DNA from: a virus | DNA: 64,000 nt | Strand: one strand, 5' to 3' | IMG/VR virus record: IMGVR_UViG_3300028826_000074 | Shown here: positions 18,109-25,825 of the stretch, piece by piece | How the letters are laid out: every line of letters starts with the position of its first letter | Numbering within the stretch: the stretch's first letter is position 1 | Translations under genes and position numbers: made by a program | Notes under the pieces: generated by a model | Told to the model about the DNA's origin: nothing | Seen by the model: the letters and a program-made list of their open reading frames with translations, nothing else | The model's database searches: none

Positions 18109-18473
18109 CCCACGCCGAGCGCGTTGTGTGGGCCGCCGCAGTCATGCAGGCGGTCGCTGAGGCCTTTGATCACATCAAGGCCAATGAGGCCGCTTGGCGC
18201 AAGAGCATGCCCGGCAAGAGGCCCGTGAAGGATCGCGAGATCCTCACCCGTGCAATCAAGGCGGTGGAGCAATCGCTAGGCGAGCACGCCGATGTGTGGC
18301 CCGGAATGGCGCGATACGACGAGGAAGTCCGAACCACCAAGATTTACCTCGCCACGATTGGCACCGCAAATTCCAACTACCTGCGCCGGGGGCTGGGTGA
18401 CCCCGAGGGACGCATCCTCCACCCTGAATCAACAGTGGCCCAACGCAAGGCCAAGGAACTCAAATATGGCTAA
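18105..18473 (+). CDS. Early hypothetical protein
   Basis: ATGA-coupled, 122 aa. Confidence 0.6.
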   Translation: MTHAERVVWAAAVMQAVAEAFDHIKANEAAWRKSMPGKRPVKDREILTRAIKAVEQSLGEHADVWPGMARYDEEVRTTKIYLATIGTANSNYLRRGLGDPEGRILHPESTVAQRKAKELKYG

Positions 18474-18717
18474 GAAACCAGAAACCCCTCACCACTTGAC
18501 CTACCACGGTAACCCAATTTGCCGCTGTGGGTTCCTCACCATCGGCATGAAGTCCGGTGGGTTCTGCGGTGGATATAGGAGCCACCACGAGGCCCTTGTT
18601 GGGGCTCGCCAAATCGCCAAGCACAACGGGTTCGACGTGAGTCGGATCGAGGTTGTGCCGGGGCCGTGCCCAGAGACTCTGGTGGACGACCCAGAGGCCT
18701 TCGAAGCCCGCGAATAG
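18466..18717 (+). CDS. Early hypothetical protein (Cys/His-containing)
   Basis: 83 aa; stop TAG lies in the hairpin preceding twister 4. Confidence 0.55.
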   Translation: MAKKPETPHHLTYHGNPICRCGFLTIGMKSGGFCGGYRSHHEALVGARQIAKHNGFDVSRIEVVPGPCPETLVDDPEAFEARE

Positions 18718-18720
18718 CGG

Positions 18721-18777
18721 GCTCCTTAACCTCGCCACCGCCGGTGACAAGCCCGGGTAAAGAGGGAGTCAAGGAGC
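18721..18777 (+). ncRNA. Twister ribozyme (type P1), copy 4
   Basis: Identical to copy 3 except one unpaired base; cleavage U18727|A18728. Confidence 0.88.
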
Positions 18778-18783
18778 ATCAAA

Positions 18784-19152
18784 ATGATTCTGTTCAACCA
18801 GCACGATTTCAACGCGTATTGCCGCAATAATGTGGGGCGCAACGGCCCGGTGAACCAGGCGTGGGCAATCTCTCGATCTGACCATAACCGGCTCGTCAGC
18901 GTGCCCCTGGAGCCCAGCAAGAGCAAAGCCAACCCTAGCGGCATCGTGCGCTTGGGTGTTGCCGGCAAGGAGTACAGCCTGTACAGCCAACTCATGGCGT
19001 ATCTGAAGTCCAACCTCCACCTGCTCGCCAAGGGCGGGGAGCGGTTCCTCGTGACGTCCTGCACGCCGCATGGCACTGTTTGGGTCTGGCTACAACCCAA
19101 CACGCTCCCTCAGCCCGTGCGGTCCCAAGACAAGGATTTTGGTGTTGGGTAA
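18784..19152 (+). CDS. Early hypothetical protein
   Basis: 122 aa; SD from twister 4. Confidence 0.65.
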   Translation: MILFNQHDFNAYCRNNVGRNGPVNQAWAISRSDHNRLVSVPLEPSKSKANPSGIVRLGVAGKEYSLYSQLMAYLKSNLHLLAKGGERFLVTSCTPHGTVWVWLQPNTLPQPVRSQDKDFGVG

Positions 19153-19376
19153 TGGCTGAGCGAACCAACGACCAGAAGGGCAACAACGGACGCATGGCGG
19201 TGATCTCAATCACTGAGCGCGGGGAGCCGATGGAGGACCGAATCACGGACGCCTTGGCTGACATCCTGCACTACGCCAAGAGTTGCGGCCTAGACCCGCG
19301 AGCACTGATTGAGCGCGCTATGCGCCACCACCTGGCGGAGTCCAACGCTCACGCCAAAGACCCGGGAGCAATCTAA
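19152..19376 (+). CDS. Small helical early protein
   Basis: TAATG coupling; [11 protein letters not shown] helical motif. Confidence 0.55.
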   Translation: MAERTNDQKGNNGRMAVISITERGEPMEDRITDALADILHYAKSCGLDPRALIERAMRHHLAESNAHAKDPGAI

Positions 19377-19378
19377 TC

Positions 19379-19912
19379 ATGATCGAAATCAAATCAACCA
19401 CAGGTGTAGTCCTGAAAACCATTAACGCTGATACCCTGAGCGGGGCCAGCCTGAGCGGGGCCAGCCTGAGCTGGGCCAACCTGAGCTGGGCCAACCTGAG
19501 CGGGGCCAACCTGAGCGGGGCCAACCTGAGCGGGGCCAACCTGAGCTGGGCCAACCTGAGCTGGGCCAACCTGCGCGGGGCCAACCTGCGCTGGGCCAAC
19601 CTGCGCGGGGCCAACCTGAGCGGGGCCAACCTGAGCGGGGCCAACCTGAGCGGGGCCAACCTGAGCGGGGCCATTATTAACTGGGATAGCCATACGCTGA
19701 TCGCTGAAATCCTGTTGCGTGCGGCAGGGGATGACCCTAAGCTAAGAATGGTCGCTGGGTTGATCCTAGTGTCCACTGACTGGTGCTGGGACAAACTCCT
19801 TGCCATTCGCACACCGCACCGCAAGTGGGCACTGACCGAGCTTGCAAAGTGGATTCAAGACGGGGACGACCACCCCAAGATTCTGGAGGGCTATTGTGTA
19901 TCCAAATCCTAA
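19379..19912 (+). CDS. Pentapeptide-repeat protein
   Basis: About 16 (G/W)A(N/S)L(S/R) repeats encoded by near-perfect 15 bp tandem repeats (about 19436-19670), plus a C-terminal Trp-rich domain. Confidence 0.9.
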   Translation: MIEIKSTTGVVLKTINADTLSGASLSGASLSWANLSWANLSGANLSGANLSGANLSWANLSWANLRGANLRWANLRGANLSGANLSGANLSGANLSGAIINWDSHTLIAEILLRAAGDDPKLRMVAGLILVSTDWCWDKLLAIRTPHRKWALTELAKWIQDGDDHPKILEGYCVSKS

Positions 19913-20002
19913 GAAACGACTCGACCCTAAGCGATTCCGGTGGAGTCGCAGAGAGATGATCCGCAGGGCGCGACGCCAGATCGGCGCGTGTTTGGTGACC
20001 GC

Positions 20003-20299
20003 ATGAGCTTACAAGATCTCATGAAGACCGAGGTACTCAAGTTCGCGGTGGGGCGGGCGATATTCTGCCCCAAGTGCGGCAAGTGCCTGGACTGGAAATC
20101 GTCCACAACGGCGGAGTGGAGCACGAGCGAGGGGAATATGTCCATTACGGCGTGCAACGCGTGCTACGACCAACTCAAGGCCTCAACCAAGGCCAAAGTG
20201 GAGGCGGAGGGGCTGACGCTCCATTGCGACGACGAATACGACGGGGCGGTGCTCAGCCACCCCAAACTACCCTTGGAGGGACTATGCCTTACATTCTGA
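20003..20299 (+). CDS. Zn-finger protein
   Basis: CPKC...CNAC. Confidence 0.55.
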   Translation: MSLQDLMKTEVLKFAVGRAIFCPKCGKCLDWKSSTTAEWSTSEGNMSITACNACYDQLKASTKAKVEAEGLTLHCDDEYDGAVLSHPKLPLEGLCLTF

Positions 20300-20874
20300 T
20301 GAGTTTCAACGCCAAGGACGACCCGCAGTATCGGCAAGTCCTCACGACTGTTTACCCGGAGAAATTGCCGATTCGGCACGTGCTCCGGGAGCATATCTTT
20401 GGGGAGTCGCTGGACCCGGCGGTCAGTGTGTGGCTCCAGGACGTGCCCGGAATTGACCCCTACAGCATCGTAGCCTACGACGGCACGGTGTACTGGTGGA
20501 CGGAACAGGGCGAGCCCAACCCCGGAATCTATATGTGGGAGAGCATGCCATTGACAGGGTCCGCCATTGTGGTACCAGACGAAGGCCCGCCGCAATTTGT
20601 GAAGGTGACGCCAGTCAAGGCCAACTCATGGTACGACCGCGCCGCCCCCAAGCTCAGCGAGGTACTCATGACCCAGCCCCAGGTGGAGTTCGGATACGAT
20701 GACGACGAGTGGCGCAGGCCAACGCACGCAGGCATGGGAGGCTCGATGTACTTGCGCGAGGCCAGCCGGGTGTTCTGGCAATTACTCCTCAGCTTGCTTG
20801 GGCTACTGATCCTCGCGTGCGTGCTGATCCAGATCGGGATCGCCGCCGGGTGGTTCCCTCGAGGGAACAGGTGA
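20284..20874 (+). CDS. Hypothetical protein with C-terminal TM helix
   Basis: SD GGAGG; C-terminal LLLSLLGLLILACVLIQIGIAAGW. Confidence 0.55.
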   Translation: MPYILMSFNAKDDPQYRQVLTTVYPEKLPIRHVLREHIFGESLDPAVSVWLQDVPGIDPYSIVAYDGTVYWWTEQGEPNPGIYMWESMPLTGSAIVVPDEGPPQFVKVTPVKANSWYDRAAPKLSEVLMTQPQVEFGYDDDEWRRPTHAGMGGSMYLREASRVFWQLLLSLLGLLILACVLIQIGIAAGWFPRGNR

Positions 20875-21320
20875 GGGCGGATAACAGGCCGCTCCACCTG
20901 CCCAAGTGCCGCACGTTGGGGGTGGAGCGCATGGTCATCTTCATCCCCAGTGGCCCCCCAAGATTCTGCATGGCTCTGCTCGACTTGGGTATGCACGCCA
21001 TATTCACCCCAGTGATCACGGAGGCCGGGCTCAAGTTCGGCTTCAAGGTCGAGGCCATCATCCCCGGCGAGACGCGCAGTCAAATCTCCTGGGGCGTGGT
21101 CGTGAGCGACTTCGCGCAGTACATCAAGGACCTGGATCAGCACGAGTGGAATAAGATCCGCCGCCGCTTGGTTCGGGACGGGTTGTCGGCGGTGAGGCGC
21201 GCAGAGACGGTCGAGAAGATTGCGGCCCAACGCAAGGCCGCCGCGACTATATTGCGCAACGAGGCCATCATCGTTGCGGACACAATTGATTGGATGGACC
21301 GGAGGAAGAAAAGCAAATGA
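20871..21320 (+). CDS. Hypothetical protein
   Basis: GTGA-coupled start; 149 aa. Confidence 0.5.
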   Translation: MRADNRPLHLPKCRTLGVERMVIFIPSGPPRFCMALLDLGMHAIFTPVITEAGLKFGFKVEAIIPGETRSQISWGVVVSDFAQYIKDLDQHEWNKIRRRLVRDGLSAVRRAETVEKIAAQRKAAATILRNEAIIVADTIDWMDRRKKSK

Positions 21321-21622
21321 CGAGTATGACGAAGATTCAAATGGCGACACTGCTTGGGCTGGTCAGCCTGGGCCAGCACATGTACCGCACCGCGAGCGAG
21401 GTCATGGAGGCGAGGAAGGCATTCGAGCGAGGCGAGGAACCGTTAGGAAATTCGCCAGGATACGTAGGGAAGACCCTCTCTTGCCTCGCGGCGAGAGGGT
21501 ACGTGCGGAGGACATACTTCAAGGGAGTCCGAGTGTGGATTGCCACCCAGGAGGGCCAGAAGTTCGCTAGGAAACTCAAGCCAAGGCTCATGATTGACAA
21601 AATACTGGAGGACATCAAATGA
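21317..21622 (+). CDS. Possible winged-helix protein
   Basis: YVGKTLSCLAARGYVRR...WIATQEG pattern. Confidence 0.45.
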   Translation: MTSMTKIQMATLLGLVSLGQHMYRTASEVMEARKAFERGEEPLGNSPGYVGKTLSCLAARGYVRRTYFKGVRVWIATQEGQKFARKLKPRLMIDKILEDIK

Positions 21623-21984
21623 ATCTACAACCAACCGAAATCCCCGGGTACGGGCGCGTTGGGGAGAGCGGCAACATCGCCCCCTCCCGCCAGCATGTTC
21701 CCGGGTACGGGGAGCGGCTCCCCCAGGCCCTTGGCGAGCGCGAGCACATGGGTGTTGACGCCAGCGGCACCACCGTTATCCGCTACCCGAGCACTGAGCT
21801 CATGTGGGATCCCAGATGGGGCCGACAGGAGGACGTGGTCACGCGCCACGACGTGGTACCTACTGATGCCGCGGTGGTGGTCATGCGGGCGATGGATCGC
21901 GCCAGGCAGGCGGAGGAGGAGCGGGTGAAAGCCAAGACCCCTGACGAGATCCGGGCATGGAGGCGCAAGTGGCTAAACCTCTAA
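21619..21984 (+). CDS. Hypothetical protein
   Basis: 121 aa, SD GGAGG, ATGA coupling. Confidence 0.55.
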   Translation: MNLQPTEIPGYGRVGESGNIAPSRQHVPGYGERLPQALGEREHMGVDASGTTVIRYPSTELMWDPRWGRQEDVVTRHDVVPTDAAVVVMRAMDRARQAEEERVKAKTPDEIRAWRRKWLNL

Positions 21985-22310
21985 GGCTGACAGCCAACCA
22001 GTACAAATCCAAGGCCCCCCAAACAGCGGCCTATATGGTGCGCCAGTACGGCAACAAGGAGGACGCCGCGCAGATCGCGCGGCTCCACCACGACGAGCTC
22101 CCCGAGCACGCTCCCGAGCGCGCGTTCTGGCGCATGGTCATCGAGGCCATCAAGAAGAGGGAGGCGCCCGTGAAGAGGGATTATGTGCCGAGGCCCAAGA
22201 AGAAGGGCGACAGGATAGCAAAGACGATCTTCGTGGACGACGTCGAGTACAAGCAGGTCATCAACTTTCTCGGCCGGATCCGCGCCGGGTGGGACGGGAA
22301 GACTCCATAA
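21957..22310 (+). CDS. Hypothetical protein
   Basis: 117 aa in the early operon. Confidence 0.5.
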   Translation: MEAQVAKPLRLTANQYKSKAPQTAAYMVRQYGNKEDAAQIARLHHDELPEHAPERAFWRMVIEAIKKREAPVKRDYVPRPKKKGDRIAKTIFVDDVEYKQVINFLGRIRAGWDGKTP

Positions 22311-22351
22311 CTGCGTTCGGGGCCATGCCCGCATTGGTGTAATATGCGGGC

Positions 22352-22801
22352 ATGGCAAACGACCAAATTCCAATGGACGACGAGGGCGTGGCGACGTGCC
22401 TTCCGCCCGCCGGCACCTTATTTCCGTTCACCCGAAGCATCTCTGGGCATGAGGGTTCGGCACTCAACAACGCGATAACTATCGTTTCCGACGAGCGCGA
22501 CGAAAGTGGTGGGGCACACTACTACCAGGCCAGCATAGACAGCCCAGTCCATATTGCTCCAGTAGTCCAATGTATCATTAGGTTCCAAACAGGGCCACTC
22601 AAGGAGGCTGGGCTCAACGGGATATCAGATGAGGCCCTGCTCGCCATCGTTGTTGACCGGCTTGAAGGATTCAACGAGGGGCCGTACCGGTGCCGAGAAA
22701 ATTCGCTCGCTATCACTCACATTCAGGAGGCCTTACACTGGCTCCAGCATCGCACGAATTCAAGGCAAAGGCGAGGGGTGGAGGGGACCCACCAAGTTTA
22801 G
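22352..22801 (+). CDS. tad1: Tad1-like anti-defence sponge protein (Thoeris/CBASS signal sequestration)
   Basis: GGAHYY...IRFQTGPLKE...GISDEALLAIVVDRLEGFNEGPYRCRENSLAITHIQEALHWLQHRTNSRQRRGVEGT closely parallels the Tad1 sequence as I recall it ([70 protein letters not shown]). Confidence 0.75.
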   Translation: MANDQIPMDDEGVATCLPPAGTLFPFTRSISGHEGSALNNAITIVSDERDESGGAHYYQASIDSPVHIAPVVQCIIRFQTGPLKEAGLNGISDEALLAIVVDRLEGFNEGPYRCRENSLAITHIQEALHWLQHRTNSRQRRGVEGTHQV

Positions 22802-22844
22802 TGTATAATGCTTGCGTCGATGGCTGAGAAAGTCATGATGCTCA

Positions 22845-22880
22845 GGGGCCGCGGTGTCTAGCACGCGGCCCCGCTCCTTT
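22845..22880. terminator. Hairpin terminator between convergent tad1 and primase genes
   Basis: GGGGCCGCG-loop-CGCGGCCCC followed by GCTCCTTTT on +. Confidence 0.6.
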
Positions 22881-25126
22881 TACTCCACCTCGAAGATCTG
22901 CATCTGCGCTTCCGTGCGCACGGGCTTTGGTTCCTCTGGCTCGAACAGCCGCGCCACTTTATCCCTCTCGCTCACGTGCACGAGCCTGTACATCGCGGAG
23001 CCGTGATCTTTGCGCGGGGCCAGTTCTATGATGTGCTCACTGCAAACAACGCCCATGCGGCCCCGCAGGACACTCGCAAGGCGCGTTTTCCTGCTGATGT
23101 CGCCCCGATCACCAAGCAGACCGGACAGATCGTCGTCAACCTCGAACATGTGGATGATGTCGCTGATCCTCTTGTCGCCCGGCTCCAGCGACCACCGAGT
23201 GTAGAACGACTGCCACGCGGCCTCCAACGCGTCGTGCTGGTGCATCTCATGCACGTTGCCAAGGAACCCCTTCACCCCGGATATAGCGAGCACCCCGCCC
23301 ATGATGTCGCACCAGGCCTCGAACGAGCCCATGGGCCTGCCCTGGAAGGATGGCCTGCCCGCCGTAACCCACGAGTCCACAATGCGGCACAGCGCGCCGA
23401 TCAGCGCGGGTCTCTTCTCGCGGATGATCCTCTCCACCGGGCGGAAGCCTCCGCGCATCTCGGGCCGCTCGACGCGAGGGTCAATCCAAATGCGAACGGA
23501 TCGGCGCACGATGTCTCGGTCCATGTCCGGGTTGTTGGCGGTGGCGACGAGGGCCTGAGTGACCTCGATCTGCACGTTCGTGGATCCGCCCAGGCGTCGG
23601 TCGCTCCATACGTTGTTGGTAAGGATTGTGGATAGCGACTCGGACCGGACGCGACCGACGAGGTTGTCGAAGAACAGATAGGGCGAGCCATCCAGTAGGG
23701 AGCTCGTGATCCTCTTGCGCGTCTCCTCCTCATTGCCGGACATGGTGGTCATGGCGATGTTCGCGCCTTGCGTGAGCATCAGGCACACGCGAGCGAGCAG
23801 GGTCTTGCCGGATCCGGGGGTCGGCGCGCCAAAGAGGTGGAGTGGGGTTGGGCCATCTATCGCCGGCCTTAAGATCGGCAGCAGGCACAGACACAGCGTG
23901 TGCGCCCAATCGGCATCGCCCTGGAATGGGAACTCCCCAAACACCTCGTCCTTGAGCCACGCGGCGGCCTGGATGCCGGTGCCTCGGAACTCCTCCACCG
24001 CTGGGCAATCAAGGAACACCGCTGCGTTCGGGACATAGCCCGGCCCCCGCTCCAGCTTATCTCCGGAGAGCACAGGGCTCTTGGCGATGCACGTGAGGGG
24101 AGGGATGCCGGGCCACGATAGTTGAGTCCGGACATCCGTCGCAACCTCCGATGGGCAGAAGATCTCGGATGTCGAGCCCTTCGCGGTCATGCGGTACCAA
24201 CCGGTGGCGCGCGAGAGGATGCCCCTCACCTGGTCCGTGCTGAGGTTCATGATTCTGGAGTGGTCGCGCTCGTCTGTCTGCACCGTGACGAGCTCCCCGC
24301 CCCTCACGAACAGCTTGGGTGGGTCGTTGTAGCGCACCAGCGCCTGGATCGCGTCGTCCGTCAGGTCGGCCAAGCCTCGCCCATCCACGCGGATCATGTC
24401 TAACCGGAGCAGTGACGGGTCTTCCGCCGCGAGCAACTCCTGGAGCGTGCCGCCGTGGCTGAAGTAGTCGTCCACCCCAACCTTCTCGTCCCCAGAAGGG
24501 ATGCGGATCATCCTCACGGTCGCGCCGCGCCGTCTAAGAACTGCGGCGAGGCGGATGGCGGCGAGCTTCACGCCCGACTTGTCCACGATGTCGGAATCAA
24601 AGATGATGTAGACGACGCGCGCGGTCCCGTCCTTGTGCTTCAGGGGGATGGAGGACCACTCCTGGAGCTCCTGTATGCCGCCGTGTTGGTTGGTGCCGCT
24701 AAAGTTCCACACCCCGAGTAAACCGACCGTGCAGGCGCCCCTGGTGATTAGCGCGTCCACTTTCTTCATGCCCTCCGTGATGCACAGTGGGATGGAGGGG
24801 TCCATCAGCTCCTTCGCGATGGCGACCGGCACGTCCAGGCGCATGGGGGCCTTAGCGGGCGTCTCGTACTTGATGGGCTTACCGTCGATGATGCGCGGGT
24901 TGGATCCCTTGAATTGGTGCAGCACGACATCGCCATCGAGCCCATGGATGGGGATCAGCAGACCCGGAACGGTCTTGCATTGGTCGGGCGCGAACCCTAA
25001 TTGGGCAAGCTCCTTGGCGTCCGTGACGGTTCGGTAGCCTCTCTGCGCAATAACGCCCGGGGAGATCCCGGACTCAATTTCAAGTTCCTTCTTGTGTGAC
25101 TCTGACAGCATGCTCAATAACTCCAC
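22880..25126 (-). CDS. Primase-helicase (TOPRIM/DUF3854-like N-terminus, P-loop ATPase C-terminus)
   Basis: ITEGMKKVDAL...GLLGVW...IIFDSD TOPRIM motifs; Walker A GAPTPGSGKT and FFDN Walker B. Confidence 0.8.
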   Translation of the reverse strand: MELLSMLSESHKKELEIESGISPGVIAQRGYRTVTDAKELAQLGFAPDQCKTVPGLLIPIHGLDGDVVLHQFKGSNPRIIDGKPIKYETPAKAPMRLDVPVAIAKELMDPSIPLCITEGMKKVDALITRGACTVGLLGVWNFSGTNQHGGIQELQEWSSIPLKHKDGTARVVYIIFDSDIVDKSGVKLAAIRLAAVLRRRGATVRMIRIPSGDEKVGVDDYFSHGGTLQELLAAEDPSLLRLDMIRVDGRGLADLTDDAIQALVRYNDPPKLFVRGGELVTVQTDERDHSRIMNLSTDQVRGILSRATGWYRMTAKGSTSEIFCPSEVATDVRTQLSWPGIPPLTCIAKSPVLSGDKLERGPGYVPNAAVFLDCPAVEEFRGTGIQAAAWLKDEVFGEFPFQGDADWAHTLCLCLLPILRPAIDGPTPLHLFGAPTPGSGKTLLARVCLMLTQGANIAMTTMSGNEEETRKRITSSLLDGSPYLFFDNLVGRVRSESLSTILTNNVWSDRRLGGSTNVQIEVTQALVATANNPDMDRDIVRRSVRIWIDPRVERPEMRGGFRPVERIIREKRPALIGALCRIVDSWVTAGRPSFQGRPMGSFEAWCDIMGGVLAISGVKGFLGNVHEMHQHDALEAAWQSFYTRWSLEPGDKRISDIIHMFEVDDDLSGLLGDRGDISRKTRLASVLRGRMGVVCSEHIIELAPRKDHGSAMYRLVHVSERDKVARLFEPEEPKPVRTEAQMQIFEVE

Positions 25127-25207
25127 GGACTAGAAGGGAGGGCCAGCGGACGTCATAACTAGGGGAAACACTCGTCCGTAGGGCCTGGCCCTCTCTTCTT
25201 TGCTAGG

Positions 25208-25822
25208 CTAAGCCCAGCGCTCGGTCTCGATCGGCGTCTTGTTGCCACGCTCGAAGACCCAGTAGTAAACCCTGATGTTGCGGCGCTTGGCGAGCTCGAT
25301 GCCCCCGCGCTCCTCAAACCTCTTATAGTGGACCGCGCGCTCCCCCTTGCCGGCGGCCTGCACCCCAACCATACCCGGGCGACCGTCGTCGAACAGCACG
25401 TCGAGCCCCAGCATAAGATCGTGGTGCCGGTCCCGACTATCGGGATTCCACGCGCGAACGAATCGCTCGCGGTCGATGACTTGCCAATTGAGTCCAGACT
25501 CCTTCTTCTGCTTCTTCCCGTAGTCCACCGCATATTGCGTGGAGAATTTCGGGGCAGGCCCTCGGGCCGGTTTAGGCTTCATCATCAGCTCCTCTCTATA
25601 GTATCGCTCTTGGTCCTTCACCCACTCCTTGGACCATCTCTTGCGGAGCTCCAGCGGTAACTTCATCCAGCGCGGGCTGTGCCACCAGGTCTTGGGGATA
25701 ATGACGTCGTCGATGTCGCGCGGAGCTTCATCGACCGCCGGGCAAGAAACAGGCCCAGCCACCTCGTCGGGGGCTGGGCCGTAGCTGACGTTGATGTATT
25801 TGGGTACCTCTTCGTCAGCCAT
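25208..25822 (-). CDS. Hypothetical protein, possible PD-(D/E)XK nuclease C-terminus
   Basis: DLMLGLDVLFDD..MVGVQA pattern. Confidence 0.35.
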   Translation of the reverse strand: MADEEVPKYINVSYGPAPDEVAGPVSCPAVDEAPRDIDDVIIPKTWWHSPRWMKLPLELRKRWSKEWVKDQERYYREELMMKPKPARGPAPKFSTQYAVDYGKKQKKESGLNWQVIDRERFVRAWNPDSRDRHHDLMLGLDVLFDDGRPGMVGVQAAGKGERAVHYKRFEERGGIELAKRRNIRVYYWVFERGNKTPIETERWA

Positions 25823-25825
25823 GGG

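Noticed and set aside
17035-18777. Repeats read as integron attC sites (YYYTAAC start, imperfect palindrome, cassette-like spacing) or as a CRISPR array
   Set aside because: There is no GTTRRRY right end, no integron integrase and no cas genes, and the spacers are whole ORFs of 330-830 bp. Pseudoknot covariation and conserved core bases fit twister far better.
22801-22845. TATAAT at 22804 possibly driving a short RNA before the terminator
   Set aside because: No -35 and no correctly spaced extended -10 TG; too weak to call
25147-25178. Hairpin containing GAAAC, possible hammerhead ribozyme
   Set aside because: No CUGANGA core on either strand
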